Source: Minisyncoccota bacterium (GTDB lineage: Bacteria; Patescibacteriota; Minisyncoccia; Phycocordibacterales; UBA9973). From it: DNA of 39,316 nucleotides. Under the pieces are notes generated by a model. The model was given only the letters and a program-made list of their open reading frames with translations. It searched no databases and was not told the origin of the DNA. Shown here piece by piece: positions 20,565 to 29,854 of this stretch (positions are counted from its first letter, which is position 1; each line of letters opens with the position of its first letter). The stretch covers positions 20,847-60,162 of the forward strand of contig JAVHNX010000010.1 in the NCBI GenBank assembly GCA_036169735.1. The letters run 5' to 3'. A program made the position numbers and the translations under genes.

Positions 20565-20580
20565 AAAGTTTAATTTAATA

Positions 20581-21051
20581 TTACCAAGCGAAGTGAGCGA
20601 ATGCTTTGTTGGCTTCTGCCATTTTGTGAGTATCTTCTTTCTTCTTGATAGCAGAACCTTCGTTCTTGGAAGCAGCGATAAGTTCATCAGCTAATTTCAA
20701 GTGCATTGGTTGACCTTTCTTGTTACGAGCAGCGTCACGAATCCAACGCATAGCTAGAGCAAGACGGCGTTCAGGGCGAACTTCACGAGGAACCTGATAG
20801 TTTGCACCTCCGATACGCTTTGAGCGAACCTCAGTCAAAGGACCAGCGTTCTTCATTGCTAAGTCAAAGATTTCTAGAGGATTAGGGTTGCCTGTTTTCT
20901 CTTTGATAACATCAAAAGCTTTGTACATAACTTTACGTGCAGTCTCCTTCTTTCCAGACCACATGGTGTAGTTAATAAACTTCTCAAGTTTTGGAGAGTT
21001 GTAGACGAAATCAGGTCCTACGATATTTCTGTTTTTTACTTTTCTTCGCAT
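20581..21051 (-). CDS. rpsG: 30S ribosomal protein uS7
   Basis: RIGGANYQVP, HKMAEANKAFAHF. Confidence 0.98.
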   Translation of the reverse strand: MRRKVKNRNIVGPDFVYNSPKLEKFINYTMWSGKKETARKVMYKAFDVIKEKTGNPNPLEIFDLAMKNAGPLTEVRSKRIGGANYQVPREVRPERRLALAMRWIRDAARNKKGQPMHLKLADELIAASKNEGSAIKKKEDTHKMAEANKAFAHFAW

Positions 21052-21063
21052 ATTATTTTAAAA

Positions 21064-21486
21064 TTATTTTTTAGCTGCCTTAGGCTTCTTGTTTCCGTAT
21101 AGTGATCTACTCTGTCTTCTCTTTTCAACTCCTTGAGTATCGAGAACTCCACGAACGATGTGATATCTTACTCCGATCAAGTCTTTTACACGTCCTCCGC
21201 GTAGCATAACAACTGAGTGTTCTTGTAGATTGTGTCCTTCTCCTGGAATATAAGCAGTGACTTCCATACCGTTGGTTAATCTAACACGAGCAATCTTTCG
21301 TAGAGCTGAGTTAGGCTTCTTTGGAGTGGTAGTAGTAACTTTCGTACAAACTCCTCTTTTAAATGGAGCTGGGAAAAATACTGGGCGATTCTTTAATACG
21401 TTGAATCCACGTGCTAAAGCAACCGTCTTTGATTTGCGGCGGGTAATAACTCTACTCTTTTTAACTAATTGATTTATTGTTGGCAT
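21064..21486 (-). CDS. rpsL: 30S ribosomal protein uS12
   Basis: [27 protein letters not shown]. Confidence 0.98.
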   Translation of the reverse strand: MPTINQLVKKSRVITRRKSKTVALARGFNVLKNRPVFFPAPFKRGVCTKVTTTTPKKPNSALRKIARVRLTNGMEVTAYIPGEGHNLQEHSVVMLRGGRVKDLIGVRYHIVRGVLDTQGVEKRRQSRSLYGNKKPKAAKK

Positions 21487-21582
21487 TTGTTTGATTCTAA
21501 AATAAAAAATGGCTACAAGCCACCTCGTTCCTTAGTTGTATTAATCTACTATAAACTTCGGAAAAATGCAAATATGAATGTA

Positions 21583-22215
21583 CTAAATTGAAAGGCCTGT
21601 AATAAAATGGAATAAATAAGCCATCACTGGAAATAAATAATCAGAAAAGAAAACAATAAAAACAATAAGAAAAATAAAAGAGTATTGCTCTATAAATCTG
21701 ACAGTAGGATAAAAAGATTTTGGTAAAATTTCAAAAAGTATTTTTGATCCGTCTAATGGAGGAATAGGTATTAGATTAAAAATAGCTAAAGCTAAATTTA
21801 TAACAACGATTGAAGAGATTATAAAATAAAAACTAGCGGGTAGATCGAACCCAACAGAAAAACGAATCAGGAGTCCAAATAAAACTGCAATAAAAAGATT
21901 GGCTAGTATACCAGCGCCAGCAACTGCGACAGTCCCCCATTTCTTATTAGTTAAATTATTTGGATTGTATGGTACTGGTTTCGCCCAACCAACGATAAAA
22001 GGATGTCCTGTCGCCATGGTAGATAAAAAAAGTGCAGCAGGTAAAATGATTGAACCAAACAAATCTAGATGCTTGATTGGGTTAAGAGTAAGTCGTCCAG
22101 CATTCCGTGCGGTGTTATCACCGAAGTATTCCGCGATAAATCCGTGCGAAATCTCATGGATTACGACTGACATCAAAAGTATGACTATAGAAAAGATTGC
22201 ATCGGTTGCTTGCAT
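21583..22215 (-). CDS. site-2 protease (peptidase M50); start placed at ATG 22215
   Basis: HEISH, TLNPIKHLD, GWAKPVP, FNLIPIPPLDG. Confidence 0.9.
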   Translation of the reverse strand: MQATDAIFSIVILLMSVVIHEISHGFIAEYFGDNTARNAGRLTLNPIKHLDLFGSIILPAALFLSTMATGHPFIVGWAKPVPYNPNNLTNKKWGTVAVAGAGILANLFIAVLFGLLIRFSVGFDLPASFYFIISSIVVINLALAIFNLIPIPPLDGSKILFEILPKSFYPTVRFIEQYSFIFLIVFIVFFSDYLFPVMAYLFHFITGLSI

Positions 22216-22318
22216 ATTTATAAAACTAATGATACCATATGAAAACTTGCCGTCGAATCGGACACTGTGTATAAGATTACTTGTCCACGTGCTCCTCCCT
22301 AGGCAAGTGAAAAAAACT

Positions 22319-22570
22319 ATGGCGAAAACATGTGCAATAACTAAAAAGGGTTCAATTGTCGGAGGCGGATACTCAAATCGTACCCGTGCAACCAAATTTA
22401 ATCCAACAGGTAAGAAAAGAAAGTACCCAAACCTTCAGAAGAAGAAGATATTTGTGCCTGAATTAAACAAGTCTGTAATCATTGAAGTTTCTACAAATGG
22501 CTTACGTACAATGAAGAAAAACGGTATTTACCCAACATTACTAAAAGCAGGACTCGTAAAAGCAAAATAA
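22319..22570 (+). CDS. rpmB: 50S ribosomal protein bL28 (83 aa; 3' part of ORF 21899..22570)
   Basis: MAKTCAITKK...KRKYPNLQKKKIFVPEL...EVSTNGLRTMKKNG. Confidence 0.9.
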   Translation: MAKTCAITKKGSIVGGGYSNRTRATKFNPTGKKRKYPNLQKKKIFVPELNKSVIIEVSTNGLRTMKKNGIYPTLLKAGLVKAK

Positions 22571-22576
22571 ATAAAT

Positions 22577-22612
22577 TAAAAAAGCCCCGCGACCTAGGTC
22601 GCGGGGCTTTTT
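22577..22612. terminator. bidirectional terminator
   Basis: aaaaaagccccgcgacctaggtcgcggggctttttt between convergent genes. Confidence 0.85.
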
Positions 22613-22614
22613 TG

Positions 22615-22920
22615 TTACGCAAGCTCTACTTCTTTATTAAATACTTTAGCGATTCTACTTAATGTACCAAGCGAAAAACTATGCTTTCCACTTTCAATAC
22701 GTGCAATAACAGACTGCGGCATTTGTGCTTTGTTAGCGACAGCTTTTTGCGTCATTTTGCTATTAATCCTTATTTCTTTTATTTGATGTGCAAGTCTTAA
22801 CCTAACGAGTTCTTCGTTATATTCTTTTTGAAATGATTTTGATTTAAAACTTTTTCCAAAGACTTCTTTAAATGTGTGAAATTTTAATATTTCGTTATTT
22901 TTTGTTTTTATAATTTTCAT
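22615..22920 (-). CDS. XRE-family HTH antitoxin (HigA-like)
   Basis: MTQKAVANKAQMPQSVIARIESG; downstream of a RelE-like gene. Confidence 0.82.
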   Translation of the reverse strand: MKIIKTKNNEILKFHTFKEVFGKSFKSKSFQKEYNEELVRLRLAHQIKEIRINSKMTQKAVANKAQMPQSVIARIESGKHSFSLGTLSRIAKVFNKEVELA

Positions 22921-22931
22921 ATCTCTTTATT

Positions 22932-23252
22932 TTATTTATAATTTTCTATTATCATTTTATATATCTTTTGTGAATATTTTATTTCTTTTTTAGGTGTTTT
23001 AGCAGTTTTTTTAACAAATATGTGTATAAAATATAAAATTTGTTCATGTATAAAGAATACTAATCTATATTTTTTTATTTTTAATTCACGAATAGGAGAT
23101 TGAAGTATTTTTGTTTCCACAAGATGGAAATTACCTTCTTCCATCAAAACTATAGCTGCTGTTATTTTTGATCGATCTGATTCAGGTATAGAGATTATGA
23201 TTTCTTTTACAGGATTAAGGAATGATGTAGTATATTGTTTTGTGTCGTACAT
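22932..23252 (-). CDS. RelE/HigB (Gp49-like) toxin
   Basis: IRELKIKKYRLVF...HIFVKKTAKTPKKEI. Confidence 0.8.
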   Translation of the reverse strand: MYDTKQYTTSFLNPVKEIIISIPESDRSKITAAIVLMEEGNFHLVETKILQSPIRELKIKKYRLVFFIHEQILYFIHIFVKKTAKTPKKEIKYSQKIYKMIIENYK

Positions 23253-23285
23253 ATTATTTGAGAATTAATATTAATATCGACCTTT

Positions 23286-23320
23286 ATTATAGTATAGCAA
23301 AATTGCTATATATATGTCAA
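23286..23320 (-). promoter_or_regulatory. toxin-antitoxin promoter with overlapping operator palindrome
   Basis: TTGACA (23315-23320), TATACT/TATAAT; inverted repeat tatagcaa-aa-ttgctata 23293-23310. Confidence 0.65.
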
Positions 23321-23329
23321 ATACTATAC

Positions 23330-23375
23330 TAGGTCTTGCCTAATGCAAAACCACGGAGGCAATGCCTCCGTGGTT
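23330..23375. repeat. doublet of AGG-N5-CCT palindromes
   Basis: taggtcttgccta and aaccacggagg-caatg-cctccgtggtt. Confidence 0.7.
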
Positions 23376-23463
23376 ATATTAAAGTCAATTAAAATTAAAG
23401 ATTTTTTACGCAACATGCTTTTCCAATTTCACTAATTTACATTTTTCAAAATTAAGTTTAATT

Positions 23464-24005
23464 TTATTCTTTATTGAAAGAATACCAGTTATTAACGAAC
23501 CTGTACCCCCCCACAGCAACACCAATTACAGGCCAAGTTATTGCAGTAATAGGAACAGCAATAATACCATTGATTTCTTTATTTATTTCATTAAATACGT
23601 TAGCTGGATTTATGTCCGATGAAAACATTTTGAAATTTAAAATATTTTCTTTTATGTTTTTCATTCTAATTTCAATTTTATTTTTCTGTTCTTCAATTTT
23701 CTGATTAAGTTCTACTTTATCCTTTGGCGACATTTTATTTAAAACCTCTTTAATCGCTTCTGGGCCACCGATTTCTTCAACGGTCTTTTGCACTTTTTCT
23801 GCATTCTTTTCCAAAGCTTCTACTTTAGTGTTTAATTCTGACTATAAAGTAGTTTCTTTGGCTTCTTCCACAGCTTCTGGATTTTCTTTTTTATTTTCTA
23901 CATTTTCTGTCGTTTCTTTTTTTCAGAATTAACGCCCATTTTTGCTTCTTCTTCCTGAAGCTGTTTTTCTATTTCGTCATTATTTAATCCTCTTCCTGTT
24001 TCCAT
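23464..24005 (-). pseudogene. disrupted hypothetical gene (coiled-coil-like plus C-terminal TM)
   Basis: ATG 24005 METGRGLNNDEIEKQ...; 1-nt frameshift in the A7 run at 23917-23923 and in-frame TAG at 23842-23844 before ORF 23464..23814. Confidence 0.65.
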
Positions 24006-24016
24006 AATTTTATTTA

Positions 24017-24184
24017 TTATTTAGTAAGTTCTTGTTTTATTTTAGCGACCTTTATTTCATTCAAGAAAAACTTTGTTAATTCTAACGAGGTATTTAACGC
24101 TGTCACTATTTGTAAGTCTTCTTCCGTGGTTGTTTCTCCTTTTTCAAAACGAGCTGAAAGTGCTTTCATTTCTTCTTTGTTCAT
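24017..24184 (-). CDS. small hypothetical protein (55 aa, MNKEEMKALSARFEKGETT...)
   Basis: ATG to TAA, protein-like composition, ends 11 nt before the next ATG. Confidence 0.55.
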   Translation of the reverse strand: MNKEEMKALSARFEKGETTTEEDLQIVTALNTSLELTKFFLNEIKVAKIKQELTK

Positions 24185-24264
24185 ATATTTATGTTTTATA
24201 ATCTAAATTTATAATACACTAATAATACTATCTCTCTCTGCACGTCAAGGGGTAATGTGGAAAC

Positions 24265-24292
24265 AAAAAAACCACCCAATGGGTGGTTTTTT
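24265..24292 (-). terminator. intrinsic terminator after DEAD-box helicase
   Basis: aaaaaaaccaccc-aat-gggtggtttttt. Confidence 0.8.
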
Positions 24293-24311
24293 GTTTGTAT
24301 TTTTTACAATA

Positions 24312-25748
24312 TTAAAACGGCACAAAAGTCAGTGCTGTTCCCTTTTTGCCTGCACGGCCGGTTCGGCCGATACGGTGCACATAGGTGTCGTAAGTCTGAG
24401 GGATATCGTAGTTGATGACGTGAGTCACATTTGGGATATCAAGACCTCTCGCAGCGACGTCTGTCGCAATAAGAATAGAAATAAAATCTTTTTTGAATAG
24501 ATCTAGAGTACGGATACGTTCACGACTTCTTTTATCACCGTGAATAGCACCGACTTTGAATCCTAATTGAGAAAGTTCTTTGGTAAGAGTATCAACACTG
24601 TGTTTCATTTCACGGAAAATCAACACTTTATCTGTTCCCTCTTGTTTCAAAACTTCATGAAGTCTGTCTAATCTTTCTCCTTGAGTTTTAGTACGGATAA
24701 CATCTTGATCAATATTTTTAGCTGTCTCACCAGAAACAACAGAAATGAAAACAGGATCTCTTAGGAATTCAGTTGTTAATTTCTTAACTTCTGGAGAAAG
24801 TGTTGCTGAGAAGAAAAGAGTTTGTCTTTCCTTTGGAGCTTTCGCAAGAATGAAAGTCATATCATCTTTGAATCCCATATCAAGCATTCTATCTGCCTCA
24901 TCGAGAACGACTGCATGACAAGCTGAAAGATCTACGACTCTTCTGTCTATAAGATCACGGATTCTACCTGGAGTACCAATAATAAATGAAACTCCTCTGC
25001 GGATTTCACTGATTTGGCGTTGAATAGGAAGACCTCCGACGCAAGCGACAGAAAAAATTCCTAAACCGAAAGCCATATCTTTGAAGTCAGCATCGATCTG
25101 CATAGCAAGCTCTCGTGTTGGAGCCATAATCAAAACTGTTTCTTTTACACCTGAACTTTTCTTTTTGGAAATACTTTCAATAAGAGGCAACAAAAATGCT
25201 GCAGTCTTACCAGTACCTGTGTTTGCCATTCCAAAAACATCTCTACCTGACATTACTGTAGGAATAGATTGATCTTGAATTGGTCTTGGATTCGCAAATC
25301 CTTTTTTAGCAATGTTTTTGTGAAGTTGAGCATTAAAAGGAAAATCAGCAAAAGTATGTTTAGAAACATAAGGTTTCTCTTCTATATGCTGAGCTTTTTG
25401 AATGAAACGTGAGAAATCTATGCGTTCACCACCGAATCTTTTTTTACCGCCACCTGAACGGTGTCCACCTCCACTTCTAAATGGACGAGAACCACTGTTG
25501 TTAAATTTTCCACTTCCAAAACTAGGCTTACTGGGGTAACTGCGAGGAGCAGAACTAGCTGGTCTAGCACCGAAAGTTTTAACTCCCGAGGCTGCATGAG
25601 CAGGACCAAAATTAGAGTGAGCTGCAGGACGAGCTGTTCTAGTCGCGAAACCAGAAGAACTTGCACCAGCAGGTTTCTTCGCGCCGAAGCGTGAAGTAGG
25701 GCGTGAACCGGCTGAAACCGGACGCGCAGAACTGCGTTTGTTAATCAT
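24312..25748 (-). CDS. DEAD-box RNA helicase with long low-complexity N-terminus (start placed at ATG 25748)
   Basis: Q motif PRPIQ, TGTGKT, PTRELA, TPGR, DEAD, SAT, ARGLD, HRIGRTGR. Confidence 0.95.
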   Translation of the reverse strand: MINKRSSARPVSAGSRPTSRFGAKKPAGASSSGFATRTARPAAHSNFGPAHAASGVKTFGARPASSAPRSYPSKPSFGSGKFNNSGSRPFRSGGGHRSGGGKKRFGGERIDFSRFIQKAQHIEEKPYVSKHTFADFPFNAQLHKNIAKKGFANPRPIQDQSIPTVMSGRDVFGMANTGTGKTAAFLLPLIESISKKKSSGVKETVLIMAPTRELAMQIDADFKDMAFGLGIFSVACVGGLPIQRQISEIRRGVSFIIGTPGRIRDLIDRRVVDLSACHAVVLDEADRMLDMGFKDDMTFILAKAPKERQTLFFSATLSPEVKKLTTEFLRDPVFISVVSGETAKNIDQDVIRTKTQGERLDRLHEVLKQEGTDKVLIFREMKHSVDTLTKELSQLGFKVGAIHGDKRSRERIRTLDLFKKDFISILIATDVAARGLDIPNVTHVINYDIPQTYDTYVHRIGRTGRAGKKGTALTFVPF

Positions 25749-25864
25749 ATATTTTTTTGTGTCATGGATTTCAATCCCTAGACACAAAAGTCATAGATGA
25801 TTTCCACAATCGTCAGTCTCGTTATTAATAGAGGGCTCGTTTGCCCAGTGAGATTGATAAATTA

Positions 25865-25893
25865 AGAATAGCATACGACTAATAGCTTGTCAA
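25865..25893 (-). promoter_or_regulatory. sigma70-type promoter of helicase
   Basis: TTGACA-17 nt-TATTCT with TG extension. Confidence 0.65.
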
Positions 25894-25932
25894 CCCTTTT
25901 AAAATATAGCAAAAAGATAGTACAATGGTCGA

Positions 25933-27294
25933 ATGAACACCAATAAAGAAAATATAGAGAATCTCAAGCATAACGAAACAGAAATAAAAGGAGGTGGGGT
26001 TGTTATTGTTCTTGATACAGGTTCAGTTATTGGGCCAGAATCAGAAGCAATGCTTCAAGCACTTCATTCTAGATCTGTCGGTGGTTTAAAGGGTCATTTG
26101 AAAATATTAGAGGAAAGAGGCTCAGAAAATTTCATGAGTAGTTTTTATGTCGGTTATGGCCATAAATCTATCGGAGATTGCGGAACGACATCTATATTTA
26201 TCGAAGGAGTCTCAATGCTTGCAGCCAAAGCAATACAGGATTGGTCACTCTATTCAGGACAAGAAGCTTCAACAAGGTACATTGATTTCCAAACTCAACC
26301 ATTCAAAAATATAATTGGAACAAAAGAGGGTGAAGAAATAATTGAAGCTTGGAGAACTTTTTACCAAGCATCAATGGAACCAACAAAAAATTATTTAAAA
26401 GAACAGTTCCCTCTTGGTGAAGGTGAATCAAATAATATTTATGAGAAAGCTATCAGTGCGAGAGCTTTTGATATTCTTCGAGGATTTTTACCAGCTGGTG
26501 CGACGACAAACCTCGCATGGCACACAAACCTACGTCAAGCAGCTGATAAACTTATGATGTTACGAAATCATCCACTCGAAGAAATACGTAATATTGCTGA
26601 AGCAATAGAAAAAACTTTAATTGCTGCACATCCAAATTCTTTTGGACACAAAAAATACGAAAAGACAGAAGAGTACAACAAATACTGCATGGAAAAAGAT
26701 TATTATTATCACAACCCTAAATGCTTAGAATTTGTTTTAACAAATAATTCTATTAACATAGAATTATTGCCAAAAGATATTTTAGAAAAAAGACCAGCCA
26801 AGACTGAACTTCCACGTCATTTATCAGAAGCTGGAACTTTGCAGTTTGAATTTCTTTTAGACTTCGGATCTTTCCGTGATATTCAAAGACATCGTGCTGT
26901 CACCCAAAGAATGCCTCTACTGACCATGGAGCTTGGTTTTGGAAAATGGTATATGCAAGAACTTCCAGAAGAAGTAAGAAAGAATGCAGAAAATTTTCTG
27001 AAAACTCAACAAGAAAAAATAAACAAACTAGAAATTTCAAAAGAAGAAAAACAATATTATATTGCTATGGGTTACCTTATATCAAATAGACTCACAGGCA
27101 ACATCCCTGCCTTGGTTTATTTAGCAGAACTCCGTGCGACACGATTCGTTCATCCAACATTAAGAAAAATAGCCAAATCTATGGCTGATACGATGAGTAG
27201 TTTATTTAGTAAAAATGGACTTGTCTTGCACCTAGATGAAGAGATTGATCGTTTTGATATAAAACGAGGAGAACATGATATTGTTTTGAAATAA
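25933..27294 (+). CDS. thyX: FAD-dependent thymidylate synthase, two-domain type
   Basis: GYGHKSIGD, QEASTRY, FDILRGFLP, FRDIQRHR, ELR; about twice the usual ThyX length. Confidence 0.8.
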   Translation: MNTNKENIENLKHNETEIKGGGVVIVLDTGSVIGPESEAMLQALHSRSVGGLKGHLKILEERGSENFMSSFYVGYGHKSIGDCGTTSIFIEGVSMLAAKAIQDWSLYSGQEASTRYIDFQTQPFKNIIGTKEGEEIIEAWRTFYQASMEPTKNYLKEQFPLGEGESNNIYEKAISARAFDILRGFLPAGATTNLAWHTNLRQAADKLMMLRNHPLEEIRNIAEAIEKTLIAAHPNSFGHKKYEKTEEYNKYCMEKDYYYHNPKCLEFVLTNNSINIELLPKDILEKRPAKTELPRHLSEAGTLQFEFLLDFGSFRDIQRHRAVTQRMPLLTMELGFGKWYMQELPEEVRKNAENFLKTQQEKINKLEISKEEKQYYIAMGYLISNRLTGNIPALVYLAELRATRFVHPTLRKIAKSMADTMSSLFSKNGLVLHLDEEIDRFDIKRGEHDIVLK

Positions 27295-27328
27295 AAAATG
27301 GCCAATCGATTGATCGATTGGCCATTTT
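27294..27328. terminator. bidirectional terminator
   Basis: aaaatggccaatcgat-tg-atcgattggccatttt between convergent genes. Confidence 0.8.
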
Positions 27329-27349
27329 AGTAATTTATTATTTAAATTA

Positions 27350-27847
27350 CTAATTTTTTTTATTTTTAAAAATTCTGAAATTTATACGGACACCTAAAAA
27401 ACGATTTTTGTGAACGGGATGACTTAACCATTCAGTGTCATTAACTCCGAGACCAAGGATACGAACATCTTTATTGTCAAAATTATAATCATCAACAGAC
27501 AAAGCTGGTACATACTCATTGTGCACTGAACCCAAAGCAAAAATATTGAACTCTTTTTGCAATTCTGGTTTTTTTATTCCGAGAGACAACAATTCCTCGA
27601 TTACTGTCGGCTGGTAACCATCCTTTTTCATCATAATAAAAATCTCTTTTGAAGACATATCATGATCAATGGGAAAGAGTTTGAATAAAGAAGTGCGTTT
27701 AGAGATGTCTCTGATTGGAAAATTTTTTGGTTTAACATCAGGGTCTATCAAACCATAGTTACCATCAGCCTTAAGCTTTTCATAAGCTTCAGCGCCATTT
27801 ACTTCCATAAGGAAAGCATGTTCACGCTTATTTATATTTTTTGGCAT
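27350..27847 (-). CDS. hypothetical protein, paralogue of 36677..37177
   Basis: shared AF..EV.G, DGNY, FPI.D..KRT, MKKD...P..IEE.LSL, PELQ..F blocks. Confidence 0.75.
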   Translation of the reverse strand: MPKNINKREHAFLMEVNGAEAYEKLKADGNYGLIDPDVKPKNFPIRDISKRTSLFKLFPIDHDMSSKEIFIMMKKDGYQPTVIEELLSLGIKKPELQKEFNIFALGSVHNEYVPALSVDDYNFDNKDVRILGLGVNDTEWLSHPVHKNRFLGVRINFRIFKNKKN

Positions 27848-27962
27848 TATTTCAGATTTTTATGTAAGGAACAGATTAAAACCGATGAAAAACCCCTTAG
27901 GTATCAAAAGCGGTTTCTACTTTTGACTTTCATATTATAAGTAATTTTTAGTAAAAAGTCAA
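27848..27962 (-). promoter_or_regulatory. promoter plus conserved leader motif, copy 1
   Basis: TTGACT-17 nt-TATAAT; GTAGAAACCGC...ATCGGTTTTAAT-c-TGTTCcTT. Confidence 0.7.
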
Positions 27963-27964
27963 AT

Positions 27965-27999
27965 AAAAATGGGCTCCCTGAATTTAGGGAACCCATTTT
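27965..27999 (-). terminator. intrinsic terminator after pyrF
   Basis: aaaaatgggctccct-gaattt-agggaacccatttt. Confidence 0.7.
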
Positions 28000-28008
28000 G
28001 ATTTTAAT

Positions 28009-28893
28009 CTACCCCAACATTTTTTGGGTTTTAATTTTATACAAAGCATCACGACATACGAGAATTTTTTGATTCAGTTTTTCTGTCTCCTTCCTAGCTG
28101 CTTCAGCAAAGTCTTCTCCGTTTGAAGCATAAATGATTCCGCGGGAGGAATTAATAATAACTCCTTCCATCTTTGAATCAAACCCAGCAGCAAGTGCTTT
28201 TTCCAAATCTCCTCCTTGTGCACCAATGCCAGGAATCAAGATCGGCATATCCCCCACAATTTCGCGGATATCTTTCAATTCATTAGGATATGTCGCCCCA
28301 ACCACAAGTAAACAATTGCCATTAGTATTCCATTTTAATGAAACAATTTTAGCAACTATTTTATACAAAGAAGAAGATCCATCTACATCATGAACGTGGA
28401 TATCCTGAAATTCTCCTGCACCAGGATTTGAAGTACGGCAAAGAACAATAATTCCTTTATCTATTCGATTAAGAAATGGTTTCATTGCTTCGCTTCCGAG
28501 ATAAGGATGCACCGTAATAGCATCGGCCCCAAGCCAATCGAAAGAGGAAACAGCATAAGCTTCATTGGTATTACCAATATCTGCTCTTTTAGCGTCCAAA
28601 ATAATAGGAACATTAGGTGCTTCTTCTTGGATAATTTCAATCGTACGTTTTAAGGCAATCATACCTGGTATTGCATACTGTTCGTAGAAAGCAGAATTAA
28701 GCTTATACGAATTTGCTAAGTCTTTTGTTTTATCGATAATTCCTCGATTAAAAGCAATTAGTCGGTCAGGTAAAAAAGGGTAATCATCTTTCATAAAAGA
28801 TGGAATTTTTTTATCGTCAATATCGAGACCAACGCAAACAAATTTGCCCAAGGCCCACTGGGCTCTTAGCATTGAAATGAAATTTTTCTTCAT
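28009..28893 (-). CDS. pyrF: orotidine-5'-phosphate decarboxylase, type 2 (start placed at ATG 28893)
   Basis: VCVGLD, DAKRADIGNT, TVHPYLG, CRTSNPG, VVGAT, LIPGIGAQGG, NSSR. Confidence 0.93.
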   Translation of the reverse strand: MKKNFISMLRAQWALGKFVCVGLDIDDKKIPSFMKDDYPFLPDRLIAFNRGIIDKTKDLANSYKLNSAFYEQYAIPGMIALKRTIEIIQEEAPNVPIILDAKRADIGNTNEAYAVSSFDWLGADAITVHPYLGSEAMKPFLNRIDKGIIVLCRTSNPGAGEFQDIHVHDVDGSSSLYKIVAKIVSLKWNTNGNCLLVVGATYPNELKDIREIVGDMPILIPGIGAQGGDLEKALAAGFDSKMEGVIINSSRGIIYASNGEDFAEAARKETEKLNQKILVCRDALYKIKTQKMLG

Positions 28894-28997
28894 AGGAATA
28901 AGTTTAGGTGAATGTAAAAGGACATCTACTTTAGATATCTCCCCTATTTCTACTTTATTAAAAGAAAAAGTCAAATATAAATTTGAGTAACTTTATT

Positions 28998-29327
28998 TTA
29001 CGGATCCTCGTCAGTTTTGACGCGAATATAAATATCCTTACCGTCAGGAGATTTTTCTTTTCGATAAACTCTGTTTTTATTTTTCTCTACTTTTTCAGCT
29101 ATTTCCTTTTCTAGATCAAAACCAAGAATTTCTGCCATTCCAAGTAAAAATATCGCAACATCTGCAAACTCTTCGGCTACTCCGTCCTGATTTTTATTAA
29201 ACTTTGAAAAAGCTTCTGAAAGTTCTTCATGAGCGCGACAGAATTCTAATGCAACATCAGTCGTATTAAAACCTTTCTCTAGCTTATTGTGCATTATTTC
29301 CTTTTGTGTTTCTTTTAGATCAATCAT
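28998..29327 (-). CDS. MazG-like all-alpha NTP pyrophosphatase
   Basis: EELSE...EEFADV. Confidence 0.8.
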   Translation of the reverse strand: MIDLKETQKEIMHNKLEKGFNTTDVALEFCRAHEELSEAFSKFNKNQDGVAEEFADVAIFLLGMAEILGFDLEKEIAEKVEKNKNRVYRKEKSPDGKDIYIRVKTDEDP

Positions 29328-29332
29328 AAATT

Positions 29333-29830
29333 TTATTTAGTATATTTCTGAACTTCTTTATTTAATATCTCTAGTTTCACACCGGCCTTTTTAAAAATTT
29401 CTTTACTTCTCTTACTTGCATGATAATCACTTTCTGCCACCACTCTCTTAATACCTGCAGTAATCGTGAGTTTCGCACAAACATAACAAGGAGTCATACG
29501 GCAATACAAGGTGGAACCATCAAGAGCTGTTCCGAATCGAGCTGCTTGCACTATCGCATTCTGTTCGGCATGCGTAGTCCTGATACAGTGCTCTGATTGA
29601 GAGCCATCGTCATTTATGACTGTATGCATCTCATGACCAGCTTCATCGCAGTGAGGAAGCCCTGGAGGCGAACCGACGTATCCTGTAGAGATAACTCTCT
29701 TATCTTTCACAACTACGCAACCGCTTCTTCCTCGGTCACAAGTCGCACGCTTCGCAACAGTGTCCATGATTTCTAAAAAGTATTCATCCCAAGAAGGTCT
29801 CTGATTCTCTTTTTTTAGCACCTTTTTCAT
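29333..29830 (-). CDS. dCMP deaminase (ComEB family)
   Basis: RPSWDEYF, RATC, HAEQNA, PCYVC. Confidence 0.9.
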   Translation of the reverse strand: MKKVLKKENQRPSWDEYFLEIMDTVAKRATCDRGRSGCVVVKDKRVISTGYVGSPPGLPHCDEAGHEMHTVINDDGSQSEHCIRTTHAEQNAIVQAARFGTALDGSTLYCRMTPCYVCAKLTITAGIKRVVAESDYHASKRSKEIFKKAGVKLEILNKEVQKYTK

Positions 29831-29854
29831 TTCCTAAATATACTCCGAAAAAAT

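Noticed and set aside
21899-22318. 140-aa N-terminal extension of bL28
   Set aside because: It is the antisense shadow of the M50 protease gene; L28 similarity starts at ATG 22319
5829-24005. Stop-codon reassignment to explain in-frame TAA and TAG
   Set aside because: Conserved genes are uninterrupted and end normally in TAA, TAG or TGA (TGA at 10824 and 36677); the lesions fit pseudogenes
25835-25852. c-di-GMP-I riboswitch (CACUGGGCAAAC)
   Set aside because: The following GNRA stem, GACGCAAAGC and P3 elements are missing
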